A stretch of DNA of 61,592 nt, counting the filler. It is 6 parts of 6 records of this genome, joined end to end, with 100 filler letters (N's around TTAATTAATTAA, not from the genome) between each part and the next. Parts side by side here need not be neighbours in the genome. Positions count along the whole stretch, not along the records: positions 32,575 to 44,518 come from SRR2962707_5454; positions 44,619 to 56,026 come from SRR2962707_5455; 4 more parts are not named here. The stretch is one strand, 5' to 3'. The notes beneath the pieces are model-generated. The model saw only the letters and a program-made list of their open reading frames with translations, did not search any database and was not told the DNA's origin. The position numbers were made by a program, and so were the translations under genes. Of this stretch, positions 39,438 to 50,900 are shown in pieces. Within the stretch, counting starts at the first letter, position 1. Each line of letters opens with the position of its first letter.

Positions 39438-40199
39438 ATGTATATCAATCTGTCAGGTTTAAACATCCTGGTGACAGGAGCAAGTAGAGGGATAGGCAAA
39501 GCTCTGGCCACCAAATTGGCTGAGGCAGGAGCAACTATAGCAGTGCATTACAACAAAAATGTACGTGAAGCGGAAAACCTTGCTCATATTCTTGGAAATG
39601 AATCAAAAGCGTTCCAAGCGGACTTTTCAAAACCGGATGAGGCGGCCAAATTATTTGAGCGTGTGAGTTTGGAAATGGGAAGCATAGAAATTGTGATAAA
39701 CAATGCAGGCCTGGCCAAGCCGTCCACCATTGACTCAAAGGATGATGAATGGATGAAATCATGGAATGAGACAATGATGGTAAACCTGAATTCTTCTGCG
39801 ATTATTTGCAAGAAGGCCGTTCAGCATTTCATCAGTCGGAAAGCAGCCGGAAGAATCATCAATATTGCTTCTCGTGCGGCTTTTAGAGGAGAAGAAGCCG
39901 AATATATTGCCTATGCAGCGTCAAAAGCAGGCCTGGTTTCATTGACCAGGTCAATTGCCAGATCTTACGGAAAGGAAGGAGTTAAGGCATTTGTGATCGC
40001 TCCCGGCTTTGTGCGAACAGACATGTCACAGGAGTTTATGCAGCAATACGGAGAAGACCATGCAAAGGGGGATTTGGCACTGGAAAGGCTCACCGAGCCA
40101 AAGGACATTGCTCCACTGGTCACTTTTATTGCAAGTGGAATGGCCGATCATGCAACGGGCGCCACTTTCGACATCAATGCGGGAAGCTATTTACACTAA
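39438..40199 (+). CDS. Short-chain dehydrogenase/reductase (FabG-like)
   Basis: TGASRGIG, NNAG, YAASK, APGFVRT. Confidence 0.95.
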   Translation: MYINLSGLNILVTGASRGIGKALATKLAEAGATIAVHYNKNVREAENLAHILGNESKAFQADFSKPDEAAKLFERVSLEMGSIEIVINNAGLAKPSTIDSKDDEWMKSWNETMMVNLNSSAIICKKAVQHFISRKAAGRIINIASRAAFRGEEAEYIAYAASKAGLVSLTRSIARSYGKEGVKAFVIAPGFVRTDMSQEFMQQYGEDHAKGDLALERLTEPKDIAPLVTFIASGMADHATGATFDINAGSYLH

Positions 40200-40260
40200 T
40201 GAGGTTTCATTTTAGGGATTAATTCCTAAATTAGAAGGACGAAACACAACTACAGCGATA

Positions 40261-40680
40261 ATGGAAGACAATATTAAAAACCACCTGAAAGCATTAATCC
40301 AACTTTCGATTATTGATCGTGATTTTGGGGAGCCTGAAAAAACCTATGTTTATACGATTGGAAAAGCAAATCGAGTTCCGGAAAAGGAAATTGACGAGTT
40401 AGTAAAAGAGGTATTAAATACCAAAGAAAATAGCGATGTGAACTTTGAAGGCCTGCTTTCGGAAGAAAGATTCGATTACCTGTACGATGTGATCCAGTTG
40501 ATGAAAATTGATGGGGAAGTCTTTCTAACAGAAATAAGATATTGCGAGGATGTAGCTGAAAAACTTGGCTATGAGAAAAAGGTAGTCAAGAAAATGTCTT
40601 CCAGAATTTATGGAGATCCATCAATCACCGGTAACAGAGAGGCATTAATGAAAGAGGCCAATAAATATTTGAAAAAGTAA
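40261..40680 (+). CDS. TerB-family protein
   Basis: Helical; IDRDFGEPEK and MKIDGEVFLTEI TerB-like acidic motifs. Confidence 0.75.
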   Translation: MEDNIKNHLKALIQLSIIDRDFGEPEKTYVYTIGKANRVPEKEIDELVKEVLNTKENSDVNFEGLLSEERFDYLYDVIQLMKIDGEVFLTEIRYCEDVAEKLGYEKKVVKKMSSRIYGDPSITGNREALMKEANKYLKK

Positions 40681-40694
40681 CCTACTAAGAAATT

Positions 40695-41090
40695 ATGAGC
40701 ATTAAGGCGAAACTAAGTGTGCTGGTTCAGTTAGCGAATATCGATGGTGAATTTGCTGGTGAAGAAAAAGATTTGATTTATATGATTGGCAAGGCCAATG
40801 GTATCAGCGAAGAAGAAATTAATAATATGGTGGAAAGCCCTGAGCCTCTTCCTCCTTTGAGTACCATGTCTGAAGATGATAAGTTCGAATATTTATTTCA
40901 TTTAGTACAGCTTATGAAAATCGACAGCCAGGTGTATTTATCGGAAATTAAGTTTTGCGAAGAGTTGGCAGAAAAGCTGGGCTTCAAGCGAAACGTGATT
41001 TCAGAATTGTCCGCAAGAATTTACAGCGATCCGGCCATAGCCTCGGATGTCGCCTCCCTCAAGCGGGAAGTTAGAAAACACAGACATTGA
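40695..41090 (+). CDS. TerB-family protein (tandem paralog)
   Basis: LANIDGEFAGEEK and LMKIDSQVYLSEIKFCEELAEKLG, aligning with the upstream gene. Confidence 0.78.
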   Translation: MSIKAKLSVLVQLANIDGEFAGEEKDLIYMIGKANGISEEEINNMVESPEPLPPLSTMSEDDKFEYLFHLVQLMKIDSQVYLSEIKFCEELAEKLGFKRNVISELSARIYSDPAIASDVASLKREVRKHRH

Positions 41091-41096
41091 TTTCAG

Positions 41097-41124
41097 ATCC
41101 CGATGAATACCATCGGGATTTTTT
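41097..41124. terminator. Intrinsic terminator between convergent genes
   Basis: ATCCCGATG-AATAC-CATCGGGAT followed by a T tract. Confidence 0.8.
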
Positions 41125-41947
41125 ATGATTCTTTTGGAATAAGCTGTTGATGAGTAATGCCAAAATGATGTTCCAGTTTTGAGAGAAACTCGTCCTCATG
41201 TAAAATGCCCGACTCTTTTGTTTCACCCAAATCCGTAATCTTCAATTTACGATCGGTTAAGGTTACCCGACCATTAGGAAGAAGACGAGTGGCCAGTTTT
41301 TTTTGAGTAAATGGAGATGCAGAGGATGATTGGTGATACTCGCACATTTCCATAAACTGAATGAGCTGCTTTTCCTGAGTGGTAAACCGAAGCTTCGTTT
41401 CATAATAACTTGTATCATTAGAAACTTTTAGAATCAGGTTTTCATCCGGATCTTCCTCAATTTTCCAGTATTTGGTATAGTCCACCTGCACTTCTCCAAC
41501 CTTAATTTTCAATGGATTAACGATTCCATCACCAAAGCCAACATCGGCCAGCCACAAGACATCATCAATCCCAACAACAATTCCCATATGATCAAATGGC
41601 CGTCCAAACGTCATTGTTTCCTGACTAAATACTTCAGCCGAAATGATATGGCAATCAAAACCTAAATTGCTTAGCAGGTGATAGAAAAGGCCGTTTAGTT
41701 CATAGCAAAAGCCACCCCTTCCCCGCTTGACCACCTTATCAAAAATTTTTTTGTAATCCAGTATGATTTTGCTCCGATAGTGAATGTCCAGGTTTTCAAA
41801 CGGGATGTGTATAAGGTGAGCCTTTTGCAGTTCTTTCAGATAGGTCAGTGATGGAGGTTTTTTTTCTAATCCAATTCGCTTCAGGTAAGCACCCACATCT
41901 ATTTTGGATGCTTTAGGGCTGTTTTGGAAAAAGTTTAGCTTTCTCAA
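41123..41947 (-). CDS. Arylamine N-acetyltransferase
   Basis: IPFENL, RGGFCYELN (Cys), DHM (His), ADVGFG (Asp) catalytic triad. Confidence 0.94.
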   Translation of the reverse strand: MRKLNFFQNSPKASKIDVGAYLKRIGLEKKPPSLTYLKELQKAHLIHIPFENLDIHYRSKIILDYKKIFDKVVKRGRGGFCYELNGLFYHLLSNLGFDCHIISAEVFSQETMTFGRPFDHMGIVVGIDDVLWLADVGFGDGIVNPLKIKVGEVQVDYTKYWKIEEDPDENLILKVSNDTSYYETKLRFTTQEKQLIQFMEMCEYHQSSSASPFTQKKLATRLLPNGRVTLTDRKLKITDLGETKESGILHEDEFLSKLEHHFGITHQQLIPKES

Positions 41948-43023
41948 TTTTTAATGTTCAGCTCCTGAGTGAGATTACCAATCATGTTGTTTAATGCTTC
42001 CTGCCATGTGACATCTGCATCCCATTCACCTACATGTACATTTTTTGAAATATTCTGACGTATGTAAAACTTGTAGACGATGGCATCTCTTGGAATGGTT
42101 TTCACACGCGTTTGATCCGGCATGATTGGAATAATAGAGACAAATCCTGTTTCACCCGGAGGCACTTCGTAATCCAGCATTTCTTTTACTATGCCAGCAG
42201 AAGACCGGACAGACCGTAACAAAAACTGATATCGGTTTCTTTTCAAATCATCATCAGACATTGGATCAATGATTTCATACTCATAAGGGTATGATTGTAT
42301 TAGTTGTTCAAGCTGACGGTTTTTCTCAGCAACTTCCTGATTGAATCTTTTGACATTTTCTAACACCTCTGTGTCAGATATGTTGGTAGAATCCAATGGG
42401 CTGAACCGCTCCACTGCGAGTTTACTTCTTCGCAAAATACCAGGATAATTTTTCAACAATGTATTCTCCACAATCGAAAGTCCTTTGAGTACATTGGGCT
42501 TTTCCGGTATCAGAAAATTGGCCAGTTCCTGATCTGCTCTTCGCACTTCTTTTCCAACATTTAACAATAATGTGTAGAGATCTGCTGCTTCCTGATAAAA
42601 GGCATCACCCCCATCTTTGATTAAGCGACTGCTGCCACTGAATGGAGCCATCAAAAACTCAAAACCATTATTTGTCTGACTAATCAAAATAATGTTTTCT
42701 ATTCTTCGCTGATTAAACAACTCTACATAGGCAAGCCGTGCATGGTGGCTTGCAGTGTAATTGATATCACTGAGATAAAAGATGGCATCTATTCCCATGG
42801 TCACGAATGCCTGATGCACTTGTGCGAGGAATTTTTGGGGATCTCCTACGGAGACAAACTCATCGTTCCTTTCAGGAATTGAAAAAATAACAGCGGTACG
42901 CTCACTCCCTAGCTTTTCCGGTACCTTCAGCGTCTTGTTGAAAGAAACATAATCGTACAGCGGGGTTTGACCATAAAGCAAACCCCCAATCATATAAAAT
43001 AGTACCGTAAAAAATCTCTTCAT
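41944..43023 (-). CDS. Secreted hypothetical protein
   Basis: 359 aa; Bacteroidota-style signal peptide followed by Gln (LLYG/QT); ATGA overlap with the NAT gene. Confidence 0.8.
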   Translation of the reverse strand: MKRFFTVLFYMIGGLLYGQTPLYDYVSFNKTLKVPEKLGSERTAVIFSIPERNDEFVSVGDPQKFLAQVHQAFVTMGIDAIFYLSDINYTASHHARLAYVELFNQRRIENIILISQTNNGFEFLMAPFSGSSRLIKDGGDAFYQEAADLYTLLLNVGKEVRRADQELANFLIPEKPNVLKGLSIVENTLLKNYPGILRRSKLAVERFSPLDSTNISDTEVLENVKRFNQEVAEKNRQLEQLIQSYPYEYEIIDPMSDDDLKRNRYQFLLRSVRSSAGIVKEMLDYEVPPGETGFVSIIPIMPDQTRVKTIPRDAIVYKFYIRQNISKNVHVGEWDADVTWQEALNNMIGNLTQELNIKN

Positions 43024-43097
43024 TAGTTGAACACTAAAGTGCTAATTTTATAAGAACTCAACTCTCAAATATCTCAATTTAGTATAACTATATAACT

Positions 43098-43673
43098 ATG
43101 AAAACCCGATGTACCTGGTGTGCCAACTCCTTTGATGAATATGTTCGCTATCATGATGAGGAATGGGGAGTTCCGGTCCATGATGATCAAAAGCATTTTG
43201 AATTCCTGGTATTGGAAAGCGCTCAGGCAGGTTTAAGCTGGGCCACAATTCTTAAGAAAAGGGAAGGATACCGAAAGGCATTTGCCAAATTCGACTACCG
43301 AACAGTAGCGAAATATGGTGAAGGGATGGTTGAGGATCTTTTGCGAGATGCCTCGATCATTCGAAATAAGGCCAAAATAGAAGCAACGATTAATAATGCT
43401 CGCAGATTTATGGAAGTGCAGGGGGAGTTCGGCACTTTCGATAAATACATCTGGCAATTCGTGGGTGGCAGACCAATTGTGAATAGTTGGATAACCATGA
43501 AAGAAGTCCCAGTTACAACAAAAGAGTCAGACGCCTTATCGAAAGATTTAAAAAAGAGAGGGTTTAAGTTTGTCGGCTCCACCACCATGTATGCTCACAT
43601 GCAAGCCATAGGACTGGTTAATGATCATACCACGGATTGCTTCAGGTATGAGGAGTTGAAAAATAAAATTTGA
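43098..43673 (+). CDS. tag: DNA-3-methyladenine glycosylase I
   Basis: RCTW, YHDEEWG, LESAQAGLSW, GFKFVG, NDHTTDC. Confidence 0.96.
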   Translation: MKTRCTWCANSFDEYVRYHDEEWGVPVHDDQKHFEFLVLESAQAGLSWATILKKREGYRKAFAKFDYRTVAKYGEGMVEDLLRDASIIRNKAKIEATINNARRFMEVQGEFGTFDKYIWQFVGGRPIVNSWITMKEVPVTTKESDALSKDLKKRGFKFVGSTTMYAHMQAIGLVNDHTTDCFRYEELKNKI

Positions 43674-43711
43674 CCGACAGTCGATTAAATTTGTGAGCTA
43701 AAGAGTTAGGG

Positions 43712-44518
43712 ATGATTGAGAAACTGGAGGAAATAAAGCATCGATTTGAGGAGGTAGGTCAGCTTATTGTACAACCGGACATTGTCACGGACATGGAGAA
43801 GTATGGCAAGCTGAATAAAGAATACAAGGATCTAGAAAAAATAGTAGTCAAGTATAAGGCATATACTCAGGCCAAAAGCAACATGAAAAATGCTAAAGAG
43901 GTGCTGAGTACAGAAAAGGATCCGGAATTTCGTGAAATGGCGAAAGCCGAAATCGAGGAACTTGAACCGCAAATTGAATCTCTGGAAGAAGAGCTGAAGT
44001 TTATGCTCATTCCTAAAGACCCCAATGACAGCAAAAATGTGATTCTGGAAATTCGTGCTGGCACAGGTGGAGATGAGGCATCTATTTTTGCGGGAGATCT
44101 TTTTAGAATGTACAAATCCTATGCAGAGGACCAAAACTGGTCTTTTTCTATATTGAATTTTAGTGAAGGAAGCGCCGGAGGATACAAGGAAATAGTGGCT
44201 TCTGTAGAAGGAGAGGATGTTTATGCAAAACTAAAATTTGAGTCCGGAGTTCATCGCGTGCAAAGAGTGCCAGCAACTGAATCCCAAGGGAGAGTACATA
44301 CTTCCGCAGCAACTGTTGCTGTTTTGCCAGAGGCAGAAGAGGTGGATGTGGAGCTAAACATGGGAGATATTAGAAAAGATACATTCCGGGCATCTGGTGC
44401 CGGAGGTCAGCACATCAACAAAACAGAATCTGCTGTTCGGTTGACACATATTCCATCTGGTTTGGTAGTAGAGTGTCAAGATGGTCGCTCACAGCATGCC
44501 AACTATGATAAAGCATTG
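43712..44518 (+). CDS. prfA: Peptide chain release factor 1, 3' truncated
   Basis: [29 protein letters not shown] (PxT motif), [16 protein letters not shown] -7 box at 43686. Confidence 0.97.
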
Positions 44519-44618
44519 NNNNNNNNNNNNNNNNNNNNNNNNNNNNNNNNNNNNNNNNNNNNTTAATTAATTAANNNNNNNNNNNNNNNNNNNNNNNNNN
44601 NNNNNNNNNNNNNNNNNN
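44519..44618. other. Artificial contig spacer
   Basis: N-TTAATTAATTAA-N. Confidence 0.99.
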
Positions 44619-44985
44619 CCTCCCTCCCTCTCTCTCTCTCGCTCTCTCATCAGGCTTCCCGCTCACTGCATGTTCTTGGCACGAGCAATGATGTTGGTTT
44701 CGGTTTGCGTTTTTTTTCGCGGTTTGATTTGGGCGAAATTAAGTGCATTTTTTTGTTCGTCGCCATTCGTGCATTTCCGTCACGAAGTCGCGGCTGGGAG
44801 AGCTGCCTACGGAGGCCCGCAGCACCCGCCTGAAAGTGAGAGGCAGCGCCACAAGAAGCGTTTGCCTCCTGCTTGGTTCCATTGCCGGTTTGCCACGAGT
44901 TGGACTTGTTGGCAAGTATTTTGTCCAGGTTTTCCCCTTCTTTCTTTCGTTTTCGTCGTTGATTTGGTGCATTCGTTGATTAAAA

Positions 44986-47900
44986 ATGGCGTCTGAGCTG
45001 GCACGGCAGCTCGGCCTTGTCCGCCCGAAAGATGTTGTGCAAGTGGAGAAGAAAAAGGCCGCGAGTGTGTTGTACTCGTCTCGCGAAGCTGTGCGCGTGT
45101 CACGGGCTCAAGTCCGGGAAATCGCGCACAACGGCTTCATTGAGTTGCTCCACCTTGAGCCGAGACTGCAGGAGTTTGAAGAAACGCTTTTTGGAAAGCC
45201 GACGGTTCAGTTTGACCGAGGCTTGCTTACTGCGGACGAAACTTCTGATGTGGATGAACTCATCGCGCAATTTTTACGGATTATCTCCCCTTTTCTGGAC
45301 CGTCGCGCAGCGTGGAAAGCCGTGGAGCACCTTATCCGCTGCTTTGAAGCGAATATTTACAACGTGGACGCGCTGATGGCTGCGGCACTGCCCTTCCACC
45401 AGACTGAATTCTTTGGTCGCCTCATTGGCACTTGCCACATTGCCGACTCCCGACTTTGGCACTTTCTTGACCGGGCAAAGCGAAACAAGTCCCCGCTTGT
45501 GCGTTCGACGCTGGTGCAGCAGTGCGTGAAGGAAAAACAGCTTGTCGACTTCATCGCCACCGCCACTCAGTCGGCTCTCAAAGAAGGCTATGCCGTGGCA
45601 CGACCGTGTTTGTCATTTGCTGCCGCGCTTTTCCTCGAAGTCCTTCAACGTGTTGACGCAGGTGCGTTTTTTTTGCGTTGTACCTGCCGAACTGCACTGC
45701 AGGGCATTCCCTTCATGGTTGTCTGTGGTGCCGTTTCGATTGACTCGTCACCTACGCTCCGTCCATTTTTTTGACTTCCCGCGCGTAGGCCAAGAAGCGC
45801 TCCTTCGTGCACTGCTTGCATTTTCCTTAGAATGCGTTTCGTTTAAGGGGACAGCAGAAGCCCAATCTGCTGGACTGCTGCTCCTGTGTCAGTTTGCCAG
45901 CCGCCACCCATTGCCCCCAACCGTTTTCGGACAAATTGTGACCCTTGTATGCGATTCCATGCCACGGTTCGTTGGTCAACCAGTGTGCCCCGCGTTCCAT
46001 CGCTTAGCCTGTCACCTGCCGTTTCCGTATCCGTGTTTGCTTGCCTCATTGTGTCTTCTTGTTGTTTGGCTCCGAAACCACCACGGTGTTCATTTTTACC
46101 TGGCAATCAACAGCTCAACGGATCAACGGCAAGCTATTTTTGTTGCCCTAGCTTCCCTGTATCAAGCCCAAGGAGCATCTGGAGCTGTGGCGCCGCAGTT
46201 CCCAGCACCAGCGCTGCAACAGCTCATGCGTATCGCTCAGCAAGACATTGGATCTCTGACGCAGGCTGCTGCCGCGGCTGGGTATAGAATGGTACCATTA
46301 CTGCTTCCACTTGTCAACACGCTCCTAGCGCACATTGATCAACAGCAGGAGGCCGGAACTGCGGATGAAGAACTGCTCAAGTGCGTTGTTTCGTCCATTG
46401 TGCCGTGCAATCGCAAATGTGCATTGTTGTTTGTTGCGTCTGAATGAAGGGTCCCGGTTTTTGGTTGCCGTGCTGCTACGCAGGCCCCTCTCCATCGTGC
46501 ACACACTTGCTCGAAGCCACTTCTTTCCTGCAAGTCGTTCCAACGCCCCAACACCTGCAGTACCCACTGATCCGTTGCCCGCTCCCGTGGCACGTGATTT
46601 GTGCCGTCGCTTTCTCTCCGCCTACTTTGCGTTTTCTCAAAGAGAGCGCGCCACAGCAGGCTCGCTGCCGCTTGAGCAATGTGCGGCTGAGTTCCGCTGT
46701 GTGATGGACCTCTTGGTGGCACGATTTTCGGTGAGTTTCAGGCGTTACGCCCAGCTTTTGTGACAAAAACAGTGTTCTTTGCAAGAACGGCCGTCTTGGC
46801 ATTTACAGTCGTTGGTCATTGTCACGTTGCTTGCTTTTGCAGGAATCATTCGATGCCGGCGTGACAGCGTTCGTGGGCGCTGCAGCGGGGAACAACAGTG
46901 ACTCCCGACATCAGCGCCTCGCTTTCCTGTCGTCACTGCAGTCGCCAATGTATAGCACACTTGCAAATGCGCACGCCGATGGCGATGCCGACACAGCCTC
47001 ACGGCTCACTGTAAGCATGGCTTTGCGGCATGCAAATGCAACCGTCCGGCTCCACGCTGTTGAGGCATTACAGGAACGTTTGCGGCCCAGGAAAAATGAC
47101 GATGAAGTGACCCAACTACAACGTCCCGCCTGCCAAGACCTGTTGCACTTGGGACTCCATGAGACCGACTGCAAAGTGGCCGCACGTTTTTTCGGCAGTC
47201 GATCAATATTCGCGCAAATTGCGGTTGGTGCAGGGTCAAGCAGTGAAATTAAAAGTTGCTTGGCAGCAAGTCTCGAGTCATGGACGTTACGAGGTGTGCA
47301 GAATGTGAATGCACGCGGCAACAGCGCAGTTCCACCAGTGGGGCACGCTGGGGCTTTGCAAATGAGGTCTCGCACGCAGCGTGTTTGCTCTGCGATTCTC
47401 CGCAGACTTCATGATGCGCTCCGCCAGAGCCAAAGTGGCGGCGAGGAAGACGTTCTGAGCGAAGATGAGGCCTGTGAGCACTCGCGCGCAGGGACAGTCA
47501 TCGCATCAGGCACAGACCTTCAAAACCGTATTGTAGCAGCAGTCCTTCCGTTTGTCCCCCTTGACGCAGTTTCCATCGAAACAGCTGCAACTGCTGGTCC
47601 AGCGCTGCAGTGTCTCGCTAACAGCGGTCATCCACTTTTTCGTGATGCGTCCACCGCACTCGAAGCTGCGGCCACTGGAATCGAAGCTGCCCGCGAAGCC
47701 CATAAAGGTTCAGGCAAGCGAGGCAAAGGGAAACAGGCAAATACAGCTTCGATATTGCCGACAGAAGCTTTGGCAGGTGTCAACACAGCACTGTGGTCTG
47801 TTGCTCGTTCACTGGCAACTAGTTTTCTTGTTCTCCCTGACGACCTTCAATTGGAAGAGGCTGACGAGCAGGAACTCGACGCATGTCGTGAGCTGTGGCG

Positions 47901-50900
47901 GGTGCTGTCTTCGCAGCTGAAATGCCCGGTACATCGCAACATTGTGGTGAAGTTGGGTTTGGCAGCTGCGACTATTGTCGCAGAAGCGGATGCCCGCTCT
48001 GATGTCGCCTTGCAGTTTGTCAACCGCACAGTTCAGATAGCATTTGAAGAGCTGGACAATATCTCTGTGTGCGAACACGCGGATCACCTGCGCAACGTGA
48101 GCGCGGGAGAGCCATCCCCTATGGCGAGTGCGGGGTCGGAGGAAGAAGACCAACATCCAACAAATTTGATCGTCCCTAAGTCGGAAGAAGCAGGCGACGC
48201 CGTTGGCCATCACTGGAAACTCGTGGTCTCGTTTCTGCTCGCAGTATGCATGGCTGGTTCGAAGGAGCAAAGTTTTGACGTCCACAGCCTTTCTGAAGTT
48301 CAGTGGCAGGTGCTGCGTGGAAGCTTAGCCGTGTCGTCGTCGGACATTTTTTCTTTGCTGCTCCGTCCAGTCGTGCTGGGTGGAGTGTTTGGTCGCTGTG
48401 GAGCCAGCAGCACTCTTAAGCTTTTGTCCACAATGGCGGTAAGCATACCAGGAAAACGCGCAGCATTGGTCCGAACTCGAGCGTGGCTGCTCTTGAGACA
48501 GTTGTTGGCAGAGGCTGGCGGTGATGCAAACATCAAAAAGAGCGCTGCGAATGATGCTGCAAAAGTGCTCTTCGTAGGTGACGGTGATGCGGCTCGGCAT
48601 GTTGCTTGTTGCAGCATTGCGGCCTTGCTTAGCACCGAAGTTCACGTGCGGAAAACTGCCGTTTTCTGCTTGCAAGCATTGACGGAAATCGCAAATAAAA
48701 TGACTACGCGGCAACGCGCTGCATTGCCTAACCCTGCGGTTCAGCACTTTCTGGCGGCTGTGTCGACTCGACACGCAGAACTTGTGCTTGATGCACAGGG
48801 ATCTGGATCTGGCAGCGAGGGTAGCGGTGCTGGGGACGATGGGTACCTTCTCACTTCCGTTTGCCGTGCCATTGTTGAGAGCGGGCTCTCAGCTCCAGCA
48901 GGCGGAGCATCAAAGTATTTCCAGGATTGCTTGTCATTTCTCGTCGAGGGAGCCAACGCCGTAGCTGAGTCACCAGCTCCGCCATCCGCGGATACGCCTC
49001 GTGGCGTGCGATTGGCAATTGCTCGCCTTCTGAAAGCCCTGCAATCCGCTGCGATGACTCTGGCGGGGCCGAATCAACCTACATCTGGCCGAAAGGGCAT
49101 CAGCTCCGTCGCCCTTGAGTGCCTGGCATGTTTGCGGTCTATTTCGCTGCAACTACTGTTGCGACCGTTGGTGCAACAACTGAAGCAGGGGATCGCCAGT
49201 CGCATCAAGTCAGAGTCGAGTGCCGCCGTCACAAAAAATCTTGATACCTTGTACTACGCCCTGGCCCTTCAGCTGTCTCGGGATTCAGCTGGAGCCCATG
49301 ATGTGGTCGACGAAGAGGCATTGGAGCCATATTTCACGGTTCTGCGATTGCTCGGACAAGACTTTGGCGATGATGGTGGGATCGCTGTGCAAGCAACCCA
49401 GCACTTGGCGCATCGCCTGTTAGGCCTTCTCGGCCCTGCACTGTACAGCTGCCTGACCCCGAGCTCAGTGCAGCAGCTGCTAACCGCTCTCAAAGGGCTG
49501 CTGGCTCAAGGTGATTCACGCCTTCACGATCTTGCCGTCGACGCACTGCGGCGTTTGCCCTTCACAGCTGTGGACTTGGCGCAGAGTTTATTTTCTTGGT
49601 GTAAAAGTGCCGAGAAACTTCGTGGCGTGGCATCATCGCGTCGCCAAGCCTACGCACGCAAAGATCGACATCGGCTGAGCGCAGCGGACCATTGTTTGAA
49701 TCAACTGGTGGTTGAGCTCGACCTGCTTCAGTTGAAAGTTTGTGATTCTGAGGACAGCGTCAGGAGCGCGAAGCCCTCAGACCGGCGGACAGCTGCAGTC
49801 GCTACCCGTAATGACGTCGTGGTGCATGCATTGTACGCTGCATTGGCAGTGCTGCAGGACCACAAGAACGACTCGCTTAAAACGACCACTGCTGCAGCTG
49901 CTGTTGCATCCGCATCTGCGTCGACTTTTTTGCTTGGAGGAGCATCTAATGCTGACTTTGTGACACAACAGTTGCTGGGAACACTTCGAAGGTATGTGCG
50001 TGCAGTCATTGCTGAGGCGCAACGGTTGGAGGAGACGGGCGATGGGCCAGCCGCCAAGACGTTATTGACAAAGGTCGCGTCGCAGGACAACGTACAGCTG
50101 TTGATGGCATGCATTCAGCGGTCGCTGATTGGTGGGAGCGCTGGGGCATCAACTGAAGACGGCGGCGAGGGAGATGAAATCACGGAAAGGAATGCTAAGC
50201 AGCAGGCGCCAACCAGTCTACAAACTACCAACGAAGTTCTGTTGGTGCTGTCCGCAGTCACTGAAGCCGCGCCCGGACAAGTTGTTGCATCGATTCCAGA
50301 AATGCTGGATCAGGTTGCGTCCACTGCCTTGCTCAGCACGAATCGATGGATGTTCCACGTAACCAACCAGGTTCGTTTGAGAATCCCAAACCCAAGGGCT
50401 GTTTTTGTGCAATATACTATGTTTTTGTGCAGTCCTTGAACTGAACGTGTCTTCAACGAACTGTTTGTGGTGTCTTGTTCTCGTGTCTATTTGATGCCGA
50501 AGGTGGTGAGGACAGTCATTCCAGCGTACTTGGCGTCGGTTCAACACGCCAACCAATCAGATGCAACTACGTCTGGGGGCCATGGGGGACCGGTGTCTGT
50601 TGGTCGACTTCAGGGTGTGCTTGTTGGAGCGTACCGTTCGATCCCGCCTCAGAACAAAATTCCATTCTTCAGCAATCTTGCACAAGTCCTTGGCCGCGAG
50701 AATCTACCCTCTCTCGTCTTGTGCTTGTTCAGCGAAATGCTGAATGTACGGCTCGCAAATAGCGACGTCAGTCTTCAAGCAAATGGCACTGCCACGTGTG
50801 TGGAGCTTGTGGCGGATTTGGCCAACGATGCAATGGTGCACAAGCTGTTCTACCACTTCTCACCTCATGCGCAACTGGTGGTTTTGCGCCAATTAATGGC

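Noticed and set aside
20576-44619. Bacterial genes next to intron-containing genes, suggesting inter-domain horizontal transfer
   Set aside because: Every switch coincides with a spacer, so adjacency across contigs carries no information.
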